Shown here piece by piece: positions 10,141 to 20,975 of a DNA stretch of 64,000 bases (position 1 is the first letter of the stretch; every line of letters starts with the position of its first letter). The notes below the pieces were generated by a model. The model had not been told where the DNA came from. It did no database searches and saw only the letters and a program-made list of their open reading frames with translations. Position numbers and translations under genes: made by a program. Source of the stretch: an uncultured Methanoregulaceae archaeon (GTDB taxonomy: Archaea; Halobacteriota; Methanomicrobia; Methanomicrobiales; Methanospirillaceae); the NCBI GenBank assembly GCA_963737635.1, contig CAVTTL010000001.1:1152001-1216000 (forward strand), written 5' to 3'.

Positions 10141-10299
10141 TCAGTCAAACCGGGGATGGATCCAGTAACGCCGGATGAAATCGGAATATATACAGCTCTC
10201 TGAATGACAACGGTTACAACCATCTCCCGGACAATAAAATCCGCCAAGGTAAACTGTTGCAAAAGGGTATTTTTTAACGCATCCTTTGCCTTTGCACAA
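10141..10299 (-). CDS. Putative 52-aa Cys-rich protein
   Basis: TTG start after GGGGGT; CKGKGC...CPGDGCNRCHSESC; lies between the motif promoter and grpE. Confidence 0.5.
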   Translation of the reverse strand: MCKGKGCVKKYPFATVYLGGFYCPGDGCNRCHSESCIYSDFIRRYWIHPRFD

Positions 10300-10424
10300 A
10301 TTACCCCCGTTTTTCTCTATGCTCTCACCCGTTACACGCAATCTGCCTGCAGTTTCAAATACGGGAATCGATCTCACCCGTGAGCGCATTAATTAGGAGA
10401 TATAATAGGATCTTTCTTAGAAAC

Positions 10425-10449
10425 CAGATTTTGAAACAAAATTTGAAAT
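10425..10449 (-). promoter_or_regulatory. Island motif copy upstream of the grpE-dnaK operon
   Basis: Minus strand ATTTCAAATTTTGTTTCAAAATCTG, then GAAAGATCCTATTAT 8 nt later. Confidence 0.75.
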
Positions 10450-10478
10450 ATCAGGAGGATTTTTTTTAAGAAATCCAA

Positions 10479-10946
10479 TCAGCAATATCCTGTTCGCAGG
10501 TCTTCTGGCCTGCCTCCCGTCATCGCAAACCTGTTTTCAACATCCTCCTGGAAATATCCCAGGTGAATTAAATCACGCTGTATCGCGACAAAAAACGAGG
10601 GATTCAAGGGAATGCCGGAGTAATCAGCAAGGAGATCGGCAAGAATCCCTGGCAATTCAACCCCTCTTTCACGATAAATCTGCTGTAACAGCATGAAAAA
10701 TGCATTATTTACTGTATCATTTCCGTATAGATCAGGTTTATCGCGGGATAATCCCAATAGCCCGTCCCACATTTCGTAGATGCCATGTGCCCTGCAAAAC
10801 TGCGAAAACTGTTCGGATGCCAAGTAGTCAAGAATACCCAGACGCCGTAAATGATCTGCCAACTGCCTGATTAATTTCCGCCAATCCTGTGGTATGGGTA
10901 CACGATCTTCCCCGTGAAGGCCGCTTGATATCATAAATATGGACAT
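10479..10946 (-). CDS. Hypothetical protein
   Basis: 155-aa ORF starting 6 bp after the glycosyltransferase stop. Confidence 0.65.
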   Translation of the reverse strand: MSIFMISSGLHGEDRVPIPQDWRKLIRQLADHLRRLGILDYLASEQFSQFCRAHGIYEMWDGLLGLSRDKPDLYGNDTVNNAFFMLLQQIYRERGVELPGILADLLADYSGIPLNPSFFVAIQRDLIHLGYFQEDVENRFAMTGGRPEDLRTGYC

Positions 10947-10952
10947 TATGAA

Positions 10953-12092
10953 TCAACTGCACACCTGAGCATAGGTACCCGCCATCCGGGTTGCAATAGG
11001 GCTCCAGAGGAACTGCCGGTCTACCTTAGTTCTTCCCCGTCTACCGAGTACCTGCGCATTGGTAGGATCGCGAATTAACGTGCCGATCCCCCATGCGAGT
11101 GATCCGGGTTCCGGCTGCACTTTGATCCCGTTCACGAACGTATCGATGTTTTCCGAAAGGCCCCCGACATCACAGGCAACGACTGGTTTCTCCGCGCTCC
11201 ATGCTTCAAGGAGGACAAGTCCAAATGGTTCGTTCCTACTCGGGATAACGACCAGATCGCACGCATTCAGGAGACGGATGTATTCCGAGTCAGGGATGTA
11301 CCCTACAAAATTGACCGGGAGATCCTTTGCCCGCTCCTGAAGGTACTGTCGCATCCCCCCGTCGCCGGCAACGATCACTTTTGCATCCCAGTGTTCACGG
11401 CATACCGACCGTAACGCCTCGATAAACAGATCAGGGCCTTTCTGGTATACCAGCCTGCCGACAAAGAGGATCAGCGGGGCATAAGGATGGATCCCATAAC
11501 GCTGTTTAACCTCCCCGGGATCGATACTCGCTTGGTACTGCTGTGGCACGATACCATTTGGTACCACATCGCATTTCCAGTCAGGGACGTTATAGAGCTG
11601 CATTACCTCGTTCTTCATCACAGTCGAGACTGCGGTCACCCTTTTTGCCACCAGGCCACCATACCATTCCTTGCCGGAGATTGCGTTATACTCCCACCAG
11701 CCCCCAAATTGGTTGCCATTCCTGCCGTATTCCGTGGAATGGAACGTAAGAATAGTCTCCCGGTCCTGCAACCGGTGCAGCGCCTGGACTGGGTGCCAGT
11801 CATGGAAGTGTAGGATATCGAATTTTCCTTTCTGGTCGCACTGCCGGAACTGATCCACCATCTGGTTGCTCATGTCCTCGCAGTACTGAACGGTATTGTT
11901 GCCCTGTGGCCGGCAGTAATGGTACGACACGCCATTGATGGTCTGGTCCTGCATCCACCCGCGGGTGAAGAAGTGAATCTCATGATCCTTTGCAAGAGTC
12001 TCGGCAAGGTGGGTTGCCGCACTCGCGAGTCCCCCGACGCGCTCAGCATACAGGGACTCCCAACAGAAGAATGCTACGTTAAGCGACTCCAT
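10953..12092 (-). CDS. GT4 glycosyltransferase (archaeal glycogen-synthase-like)
   Basis: WES...VGGL, HFHDWH, FVGRLVYQKG, PSRNEPFGLVLLEAW. Confidence 0.92.
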   Translation of the reverse strand: MESLNVAFFCWESLYAERVGGLASAATHLAETLAKDHEIHFFTRGWMQDQTINGVSYHYCRPQGNNTVQYCEDMSNQMVDQFRQCDQKGKFDILHFHDWHPVQALHRLQDRETILTFHSTEYGRNGNQFGGWWEYNAISGKEWYGGLVAKRVTAVSTVMKNEVMQLYNVPDWKCDVVPNGIVPQQYQASIDPGEVKQRYGIHPYAPLILFVGRLVYQKGPDLFIEALRSVCREHWDAKVIVAGDGGMRQYLQERAKDLPVNFVGYIPDSEYIRLLNACDLVVIPSRNEPFGLVLLEAWSAEKPVVACDVGGLSENIDTFVNGIKVQPEPGSLAWGIGTLIRDPTNAQVLGRRGRTKVDRQFLWSPIATRMAGTYAQVCS

Positions 12093-13528
12093 AACTGTTC
12101 CCTCCGCTCGTTCATGATCGTAATCAGTTCCTGCCGGTCCCGGCGCCCGCTAATATCCCCGGCCAGTTTCTGGTCTTGGAGCGTATGTTCGATCCATTGG
12201 GCAATATCGCCCCGCTCTTGGTGATAGATAATCGAATCCGCTGGCACTACTTGGAGCAGGTCGCAGAACTGGTCGAGACTGTAGGCGGCATACCCGACGT
12301 ACCCCGAAGGTGAGGTGAAATGAAATGCCTCTTCCGGTGTCAGGGTCCGCAGGGTCTTTGCCGATCGTTTGTTTTTCATAAGCCGGATATTCCGGTTTTC
12401 GAAATCGGCAAGGATTGCCATGTAGGTCTTAAATGCGTCACCGGCCTCGTGGTGGCTGAAGTAGTTATGTACTTCACCGCAGGTTCCGTACTTGGAGGCC
12501 ATATAATAGAAGTGGTCACTGGTCTGGAGGTACCGCCATATCGCCTTATCCTTGGCAAACGCGGCCGCCTTCTGGATCGCAGAATATGCCGTATGCTGAC
12601 GCTCGTTGCCCATCCACGCAGATGCGTCCTTCTCGATATCGGCCCAGGATATAGTCTCCCGGACATCAATCGTACCGACCGGCAGATAACTCTCCAGTGC
12701 TTCAGTAGGCAGGATGGTCCGTACACCCCGCTTTTCCAGCTCTTCCGGAAGAAACGAGAGAAAATTGAGGATCCCGGTCTCTTTCCAGAAATGTTCCCCA
12801 AAGGTCTCGTAATCGATAAAAACGTTTACCAGATCACCGGATGTACCGCTTATCCATTCAGCATAGGTGTCTGCCGTCAGCGGGAACTTGTCCCACCCCC
12901 GGTTGCCAAACCGGAAAGCGATATCGTCAGAGACTTGGGTATCGCGGAGGAGGACCGGCATATCTTCACAACTATAGATGTGGTGCGGGCTGCGCCAGTT
13001 GAGAATCCGGTCCACACCTTCGGTGTAGACTCCAGTATACCCCATCTTTTTTACACAGGACGCGATGTTGTTATTAAACGTAAATTCAGTATTTTCAAAA
13101 ACCACCGGACGGATCCTGAAAAGGTCATACATCAGGTCGGTATGCATGGTAGCCTGTTCCATAAACTCCGACTTATCCCCAAAGCAGCCTGCAATGCTAT
13201 GGTAATAGGTCTGTCCCAGCAGCTCGGTATTCCGGTGCCGGGCTACCTGGTCGAAAAGGGCAAGGACATCCGGTTTCCATTTCTCCAGCTGCTCGATAAG
13301 CGTCCCGGAAAAAGAAAACGTACAGTGGAATCCTTCGTCGAGTTTTTCTAGGATGATCCGGGTGGCCGGCAGGTAACATTTTTCTGCAACCCTGTCCAGG
13401 ACATCCCGGTTAATTTCATCGAAATAGAGCGCATCGAGATCCTTTTCCTTCTTCTTTGGATCCGGTGAGAAGTGCCGGTTCAGCCTGAATGGCTGGTGCA
13501 CTTCAAATCCGATACAGATATCTGGCAT
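12074..13528 (-). CDS. GH57 alpha-amylase-like protein with C-terminal DUF5752-like domain
   Basis: FEVHQPFRL, TYYHS, NTE, SDDIAFRF, DYETFGEH, LQTSDHFYYM; tail AFHF...SIIYHQERGDIAQW. Confidence 0.93.
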   Translation of the reverse strand: MPDICIGFEVHQPFRLNRHFSPDPKKKEKDLDALYFDEINRDVLDRVAEKCYLPATRIILEKLDEGFHCTFSFSGTLIEQLEKWKPDVLALFDQVARHRNTELLGQTYYHSIAGCFGDKSEFMEQATMHTDLMYDLFRIRPVVFENTEFTFNNNIASCVKKMGYTGVYTEGVDRILNWRSPHHIYSCEDMPVLLRDTQVSDDIAFRFGNRGWDKFPLTADTYAEWISGTSGDLVNVFIDYETFGEHFWKETGILNFLSFLPEELEKRGVRTILPTEALESYLPVGTIDVRETISWADIEKDASAWMGNERQHTAYSAIQKAAAFAKDKAIWRYLQTSDHFYYMASKYGTCGEVHNYFSHHEAGDAFKTYMAILADFENRNIRLMKNKRSAKTLRTLTPEEAFHFTSPSGYVGYAAYSLDQFCDLLQVVPADSIIYHQERGDIAQWIEHTLQDQKLAGDISGRRDRQELITIMNERREQLWSRLT

Positions 13529-13709
13529 TTATTCTCGTCCTCCAATCATGGTCTTGCCTACCGACTGTTTCCTGGATGGTTTCGGGGATGTACTTACCTA
13601 TTCTCACACCCCTACACACCCTATCCCCCCATCATGTGGCCCTAGTGGTCGGGTGATAACAATCATCCTGCTTTCTCTCAGGAACAATAATAGACCCTTT
13701 CCCGAGTAT

Positions 13710-13734
13710 CAGATTTTGAAACACGGGTTGAAAC
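13710..13734 (-). promoter_or_regulatory. Island motif copy upstream of the GH57-GT4 operon
   Basis: Minus strand GTTTCAACCCGTGTTTCAAAATCTG, then GAAAGGGTCTATTAT 8 nt later. Confidence 0.75.
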
Positions 13735-13772
13735 CAGAGCCCCCCCGATTAAAACTGAGTCAAAATACAATT

Positions 13773-14444
13773 CTAATACCCGAGGGACTCGCTGACAAGG
13801 ACAAGGTTAATGCGCCCTTCCTGCTTCTCGTTTGCAAGAATCACGCATTTCCCGATCATACTGGGAGTACCATAGGCTTTCATAGCCCGGGTATTCTCAA
13901 GAGGGAAGACATATTTCCTGATCCGGTTTAGTGCGTCCTCGACCGTGGGGACAATTTTATTGACCCCTGCGACCAGAACAAGATGCCCCGCAGCAAAAGG
14001 CCACGCACCGACACGGCTTCCGCTGGCATCGCAAGCAACAATCTCACCTCTCTGGGAAATCGCATTCACTGACGAGATGAAATAATCGGCCGTAACGGAT
14101 TTTCTCCGCAGCTCTGCACGTTTTACCGGATCATCCTCGGCAGTGATCTTCGTATGTAAAAGATTCCACCCACTCTTTCCTCCGGCAACATAATCCTCGA
14201 ACCCGATCTCGATAAGGGTTGTCGAGGAACCGCTCATAACTTCAGCGTTAGGTGGGATAAGTTTCCGAACCGCTGCAAGCGCCTCGTCGCCATTTGCAGC
14301 ATGGGAAACCTTTATCCCCCGTTTTTCTAGAGCCTTAATTGTTATAGCAACAACTTCCGGTGTCGGAAAAATGTTCCACGAATCCGCATCCACGGCACTT
14401 TCCGGGTAAAGGTTTACGGCGCTATACGGGGTAATTCTACTCAT
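13773..14444 (-). CDS. LUD-domain (lactate utilization-like) protein
   Basis: GSSTTL.EIG, SSVNAI...GEI...D.SGSRV, VAGVNKIV. Confidence 0.85.
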   Translation of the reverse strand: MSRITPYSAVNLYPESAVDADSWNIFPTPEVVAITIKALEKRGIKVSHAANGDEALAAVRKLIPPNAEVMSGSSTTLIEIGFEDYVAGGKSGWNLLHTKITAEDDPVKRAELRRKSVTADYFISSVNAISQRGEIVACDASGSRVGAWPFAAGHLVLVAGVNKIVPTVEDALNRIRKYVFPLENTRAMKAYGTPSMIGKCVILANEKQEGRINLVLVSESLGY

Positions 14445-14482
14445 GTGCCCTCTTGTCGCCTTGTAGGTACAGGACACCAGAC

Positions 14483-14731
14483 TTAACCGGATCGGCTTTC
14501 CGCCACCGCGGTCTCCTGTACCGAGCCCAACCGGTACTGGTATATAATCTGGCGCATATCCTGCAGGTTCATCTTCTCGATGAGGAGTTTCTTCTCCTTG
14601 AGTTTTTTTAACGCGTAACGCACCGTTCGTGGCGAGTAGTTCACTTTTCCGGCGATCTCCTTGTGAGTCATGGCACCACCGGTACCAAGAATCTCAAGGA
14701 CGATTTTTTGTGACTGAGGTAATGATTTCAT
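14483..14731 (-). CDS. Small winged-HTH transcriptional regulator
   Basis: MTHKEIA...SPRTVRYALKKL...NLQDMRQIIY. Confidence 0.88.
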   Translation of the reverse strand: MKSLPQSQKIVLEILGTGGAMTHKEIAGKVNYSPRTVRYALKKLKEKKLLIEKMNLQDMRQIIYQYRLGSVQETAVAESRSG

Positions 14732-14758
14732 AATTCACTCCTTGGTTTATGCGAGGCA

Positions 14759-15109
14759 TCAGCCGCAGCTGGTCCCGCAACTTTCACTCTGCCCGCTGTC
14801 TGCTGCATCCTTATCTGCTAAGATACGGGGAAGCGCTTTTTTTACAAAATCATCGATCGTTCCCATCTCTCCCCAGGATTCCGTCTCGTAATTCTCGGAA
14901 TTATCCGGATTGGGCAGGATCAGCACATTGCCCTCCTCGCTCGGTCCGGAGACATACTTTTTCCCCCGGTGCAGGTTGTGTACACCTTCCGCACCGCCTT
15001 TGGGGATCCGTGCATAGATAATCCAGTAGGTCAGTTTATCTGTTGCACTAACATAGACCTCATAATCCTGCTCGAACTTTTTTAAGAGTTCCAGTGTTTT
15101 ATCCTCCAT
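14759..15109 (-). CDS. Hypothetical protein
   Basis: RBS AGGTGA before MEDKT; first gene of an apparent operon with wHTH and LUD genes. Confidence 0.7.
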   Translation of the reverse strand: MEDKTLELLKKFEQDYEVYVSATDKLTYWIIYARIPKGGAEGVHNLHRGKKYVSGPSEEGNVLILPNPDNSENYETESWGEMGTIDDFVKKALPRILADKDAADSGQSESCGTSCG

Positions 15110-15336
15110 GATCTCACCTGGTCCTAGTGCCTGCATCTCACGATGACAGATTCATTTTTTCGTTCTCTCTGGTTTTCTATCTTGATCCGGTTTGAATCAC
15201 CGGACTCATTGGCGACCGGATTGACGCGATACAACGGCATTCCTTGTTTTTTTTGGAAAACTACCGGTTTTTTGGGGCGCCTTCCCTGCCTGCATGGAAC
15301 TGGACAACAAAAAGGTATAGGTTCTTTCCCGAACAG

Positions 15337-15361
15337 CAATCTATGAAACAAATTTTGAAAC
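15337..15361 (-). promoter_or_regulatory. Island motif copy upstream of the 15109-wHTH-LUD operon
   Basis: Minus strand GTTTCAAAATTTGTTTCATAGATTG, then GAAAGAACCTATA 8 nt later. Confidence 0.7.
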
Positions 15362-15397
15362 ATGAATCAGGAGGAATAAGATGCACCATTAAATACG

Positions 15398-15676
15398 TTA
15401 GACGGGTTGCTCAAGGATAAGTTCCAGGATACCGTCATGGAATTTTTTGGTACTGATCCGCGATCCTGCGGGAACAGTAATTTTTTTCATGACCCTCTCG
15501 TTTTCTTTTGGCACTGAAATGGTAAGCCGGGTCTTTTCCAGATCGATCCGGATCTTCTCCTCAGGAATTCCATGGAGCTGGCATATGATACGGATCGAGT
15601 TTTCGATCTTGGTGACCTGTGCGGGTGGCACAATAGTGTTTTTTTGGCGTTTTTGTGGTTTTTCCGGACTAGTCAT
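15398..15676 (-). CDS. Minimal Hsp20/alpha-crystallin-like protein
   Basis: LHGIPEEKIRIDL...KITVP...KKFHDGILELIL; RBS GGAGG. Confidence 0.75.
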   Translation of the reverse strand: MTSPEKPQKRQKNTIVPPAQVTKIENSIRIICQLHGIPEEKIRIDLEKTRLTISVPKENERVMKKITVPAGSRISTKKFHDGILELILEQPV

Positions 15677-15885
15677 AGCGTTTCCTCCAGACTCTTCATG
15701 AAAAAAAACGAGGAGGTCTAACCATTGTCTGGTATCGGGAGCAAGATCAAAAAGCGCCCGCAACAGTATCGGAATCCGGTTATACCGGGAGAAATAGGTA
15801 TCTGGAGGTTACAGGTGTTGTTTCAAGATTTAGAACAGTATAAGACAGTAATTTCCTGCGCTTTCGCCGCGTAGGGCTAAAAAAA

Positions 15886-17225
15886 TTATCCTTTTACCGG
15901 TGCAGCAGATTCTATCCCGATAATATGCTGGAATACAAACTTAAATTCATTTAGCCGCTGCCGGATGTATTTCTTTCCGATCTCCGTCGGGTAATATAGT
16001 CTTGGATTTACCGGACACTTTCATCTCGAGGTATCCCTTGCTCTGGAGCTCGTAGAGGAATGAATAGATCCGTGCCTGAGGAATGAGGACATTGTACCGA
16101 TTATGGATCTCGTGGACGATATCGAATCCGGAGATCGGTTTTTCCAGAGTCGAAAGGATGACCGGTTCAAGAAGTTTTTTAACCACGTCTTCAATCGTGG
16201 ATTGGGGTACAACACTGATAGCCTCTGCCGGGAACGAGTTATGGGTAAAGGAAATAGTCGTGTCCTTCCCGGTCGATATAATGATTTTTGCAATGCCTTC
16301 CGAGATCAGCCGGATCCGATCATGATCGAGATTTGCCATATTGACTGCGATGATGCCGGTGATTGGAACCCCGGCCTCTTTTTTTGCAAGGATCATATTC
16401 TTTACTTCTACGATATCATCAAATTCTTCTGTATCTGAAAAATCAAACACAACCTGGAGTTTTCCTTGCGCATTGTCGGCAGGAAGACTCGATGTGCATT
16501 TCTCCAGGATACGGGGCAGGAAAAAGAGTTCGCCCTTTTTTATGCGCCGGGTAAACAGCAGGCCTTTTGAGATCTCTTCAAGGAAATATTTCTGCAGGAC
16601 AGACTGGTGATAGGCAAAGAAAAACCGCCCCCCTTTCTGGATACCGGCCTCGATGGCGAATTTGAATATTGGTTCTTTCACCGAGGGATCCACGTATAAA
16701 AAGAGGATAATCCCGGTAAAGATGTCCTTTAGAAGGACGGTCTTGATCTCGGGGAGCGCAAGGTATTCAGCGTCCGTCATGCCGGCGGCTTCAGGGTACT
16801 GCCCCAGGGTGGGGCGCAACCCGGGTTGCCTCTGCTTTCTTTTTCATTTCCTGTTCCGAAGCCCTCCGGAACAGGGCTATTTCAAGGGCAGCTTTTAACT
16901 CCAGTTCGTTAAAGGGTTTGACAATATACCCGTACGGCCGGACCTGCTTGGCCTTCTCGATAATTGCATCATCGGCGTACGACGTGATGAAAATCACCGG
17001 GATATCCAGTTCGTTTACAATCGTCCGAGCTGCTTCGACACCATTCACCTTCCCCGGCATAACAATATCCATCAGGATCAGATCAGGAGTAAGCCGCCTG
17101 GCTTTCTCGATCGCATCATCCCCGGATGCTGCCATCCCCACGACTGTATATCCCATCACGTGCAGCCGCTCTTCAAGCTGCATGGTGATGATCGCTTCAT
17201 CGTCGACAACAAGAATTTTTGACAT
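15886..17225 (-). CDS. Response regulator: REC + MEDS-like middle domain + PadR-like wHTH (frameshifts near 16810 and 16000)
   Basis: ILVVDDE, LILMDIVMPG, YIVKPF; C-terminal PISGFDIV..IHNRYNVLI..ARIYSFLYELQSKGYL continuing in another frame as LYYPTEIG to TAA at 15886. Confidence 0.8.
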
Positions 17226-17229
17226 CCTA

Positions 17230-20200
17230 TCACCTGCATGTTTCAAGGGGGAAATCGATATTCACGAGCGTACCCCGGTCGCTGCTTTCTATAGCGAGGC
17301 TCCCCTGAAGCTGCCGCACTAGGTTCCGGATCAACTTCAGCCCCAGACTCGAGGTGGTACCGGGATCCACGTCCGGGGGGATACCGGTCCCGTTATCCTG
17401 AATCGTGATATGGACCCGTCTCCCGTCCTGCTGTGCACGAACACGGATAGTCCCCTCTTTTCGCCCTTTAAAGGCATAGATAAACGAGTTTGACAGAATC
17501 TCGTTTAATGCCAGTGCACATGGTATAGCTAAGTCCACCGGGAGAGAAAACCCTTCCGCATCTACCTCGCAGCTGATCACAGGGCCGGACTTCCCGTAGA
17601 TCCCGGAAAGATCATTTGTCATATCCTGTATCTGGGCACCCATATCGATCCGGCCGGACTGGTTGCTCTGGTACAGCCGGGTATGGATCTGGGCCATCGT
17701 CTTGATCTTCAGCATCATATCGGTCAGGATGCCAGTGGTCACCGGATCATGGGTTCGCGATCTGGTCATCTCGAGGAGGCCGGTTATAATCTGGAGGTTG
17801 TTTTTGACCCGGTGGTGGATCTCCCGGATCAGGCTGTCTTTTTCTGCGAGTGTGGAAAGTATCTTTTCATTGGCCCGTTTTGTTTCGGTTACATTTCGGA
17901 AATACCCTATAATCCCGTCGATTTCTCCCAGATTATTCATTTTGGGCACATACGATCCATCGAAGTAGTTTATCTCACCCCGGGCGCTCGCAATCGCTAT
18001 TTCATTGGGAACTGCTATCCCGCTTTCCAGGACGCGCTTCTTGATCGTAGTCAGGGCATCTGCATCTTCCCGGGACGCAAGATCGTAATCGGTCTTCCCG
18101 ATCATATCGTCCTCGGTGATATCCATCTGTGGATTTATGACCATGGTATATCGGAGATCGCTATCCTGCACCAGAATATGATCGGGAGTACTGGTGGCAA
18201 TGATCCGGAATTTTTCAAGGCTTTCCTTCAAGGCCTCTTCGGCATTTCTCCTCTCGGTGATGTCACGGTAACTCCAGACCCGGCCAATAATGGCATCGCC
18301 AATTTTCTGAGGCCGTGAAAACCGCTCAAAGATCCGGCCATCTTGGAGCCTGACCATATCATAGCTCTCACGTCCCGGGTGACTGTACAGTTCATTCCTG
18401 CGATCGGTAAACTCCCGGATGTCTTCTACAAGCGGAAAAATATAGGCAAGCGCAGTCGCCTCACCCGCGGCCTCAAGTACATGTTCCGGGATCCCCCAAA
18501 TCGCACAGAATTTCTTGTTGTAACTGGTAATTTGCCGGTCGCTATCCACTACGAGAATACCGTCAGCTGTGGAATCAAGGGCAGCCTGAAGCAGCGATGC
18601 AGTCTTCATCGCCATCTCTTCGGCACTTTTACGGCCCGTAATATCCTGGCCTTGGGCCATCGTGGAGATTATCGTGTCACCATCGGCATCATAGACGTTT
18701 GCTGAATTCCAGAGCACAATTTTTACGGCACCGGATACATGCCTGACCGGGATCTCCACCGACTCCCAGCGTTCCCCGCAGCTGGTCTTCCGGATCAGTT
18801 CCATGGACTCATCTTTGAATTTTTCCGGGAAGAGGGTATCAAGGGGTTTTCCTATCACCTCATCTGCGGCCATTCCGGTCAGGAACTCAAAGGCCTGATT
18901 AAACCGCAGGATTCTGAACCGGGTGTCCCACACGATGATGGGGGCATTGGCATAGGCGATCAAGTTCTCGAGGTACTGGCTTGTCCCCCTCAGGGTATCA
19001 TCGGTTTTTTTCCGCGCCATCGCTATTGCAACCAGATCGGTTACGGCCTGCATCAGGTCTAATTCCTCAGCGGTAAACGTAGGCCTGTCTTTGGTCCCGA
19101 AAGAAAGCGTCCCAAGGGTAGTGCCCCGGTAGATGAGGGGATGGCATGCATACCCGGAAATCCCGAAGGAGCGGACGAGGCAGAGTGCATCTTCATCGGA
19201 GTTCTGGATATCGCACGCCACCACCCTTTTGCCCCCCTGGGCCACCCGGCCACAGACTGATTCACCGATATTGAGGGTGGAAAATTTGCCTACCTCTCCA
19301 TCCGGGACACCGGCACTGGCGTTCAGCTTCATCCGCTGCCTGCTTTCGTCGATTAGATAATTATAAAAGATATCGCAGGAAAGGAAATGCATTACCCGTT
19401 CGCCGATGATCTGGACAACACGTTCAGGCTTCTCGGAACTCATCAGGAGCCGGGCAGAGTCTGCGAGAATCCTGAGTTTTTCCTTCTCTTTTTTTAGCCT
19501 CTCTTCCTGCTTCCTTCGTTCGGAGATATCCTGGAATGTCCCGATCACCGAAGAACGTGCCCCCTCCCGTACCGGGGAGAGCCCCCGAAGTTCAGTCCAG
19601 ACCTTCTTTTTCGAGCCAGTGGTAATCAGGAACTCAAGTTTAAAAGGCTCTCCGGTGGCAAGGCATCGTTCAATGTTTTTCCGGATAATGGGCTGGTCAT
19701 CCGGGGAAAAAAAGTCCAGCCCCTCAGAAAGGCCTAACTGGTAGTTGCAGGGAGTCTCGAAGATGTCGTACGCCCCGACCGTCCACTGGAGATAATTAGT
19801 ATGCGGGTTTGCCTTCCACCCCCCAATCTTTGCGATCTTTTCAGTCTCCCGCAGGAACTGTTCGCTCTCGTGCAGGGCCCGTTTGTTTCTGGTAATTGTA
19901 TCGATATCCTGCCGTAAGTTCTTTTCAACAGCCAGATGTTCCGAATTGTGGGCGCTGAGAGTCTGCATTCCTGCTGGCAAGTTCCTGTTCTGTCCGGTCA
20001 AGATAGAGGCCAATTTCTCCCGACAATCTGCCGACAATGATTGAAGTACCGGTGATGAAGATGACGAGGCCGGCTGAGATGATGACAGCGTTTGAGATGG
20101 CAAACCACCCGGAAATAAGATAAAAAAGAATTGTTTCACCCCCGGTTATGGCTAAGGAGAGCGGGACAAAGGTCCGCAACAGCCGTGCCCTGATGGAATT

Positions 20201-20908
20201 TCCCGTAAAAAAAGAAAGTGGTCTCGTTGCCGGGCCTGCAGCAAAAATAAGCCCCAAGCCGATTAAGAACGCGGCAAGGGCGGAGAGCATAGCAACCGGA
20301 ATGACCGATGGTGAAATAATGAGGGGTGTCCCGAACAGGTAACTCAACGCGAGTGTGAAACCCGTAAGTATAAGAATGATCCCGGTAATCACAGAAATTT
20401 GCCGTGCCCGGGAGCGCGGTGACGACAGGAAGTCAGGATCGATGCAGAAAAACAGCCCGGCGGCCGCGATGACGATCAGTGCTGAAGCTACCGGGGAGAT
20501 TGGCGATGACCGGGGCCCAAAGATCACCAAGCCTGCCGAAACAAACCATGATTCTAGGATAAACTGCTTTCCGTTCAGGTTTGATAGGATATTAAGAAGT
20601 TCTGCGACTGCGATAACGACAAGGACAAATCGCAAAAGAATAAGGGAAGCATGGCCGACCTTTCTTATTGACGTGTAGATAAGGACCCCGCCGAAAAAGA
20701 TCCAGATAAAAGCAGCGCTTAATGCAATGGTTTTGCACCCTTGGCATACACTACTTATGGCAGTACTACCGGTTATATTCCCGGCAATTCCGGTGAGACA
20801 GGTCAGTATGGCAAGGAGACCAAAAGTCAAAGTCAGTCGTTTAAACAGAACTGCATCTGTCTCCATGCCGGGTACATACGCATCGCTTGACGGTACCTTC
20901 AGGAACAT
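17230..20908 (-). CDS. Membrane histidine kinase: multi-TM, PAS, GAF, PAS x3, HisKA_2, HATPase (frameshift near 19960)
   Basis: Hydrophobic N-terminal ORF joins the 969-aa ORF; EIHHRVKNNLQ, NEILSNS, DNGTGI, SLGLKLI. Confidence 0.9.
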
Positions 20909-20975
20909 TACCTTGCTACCCCGGGAACATTTACCGTAATTCCGTATAGAATAGAACTCCGGTATCTTTATTTAA

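Noticed and set aside
15812-15840. Motif-like TGTTCTAAATCTTG upstream of the minimal Hsp20 gene
   Set aside because: Too degenerate and the downstream box is out of register, so it was not counted.
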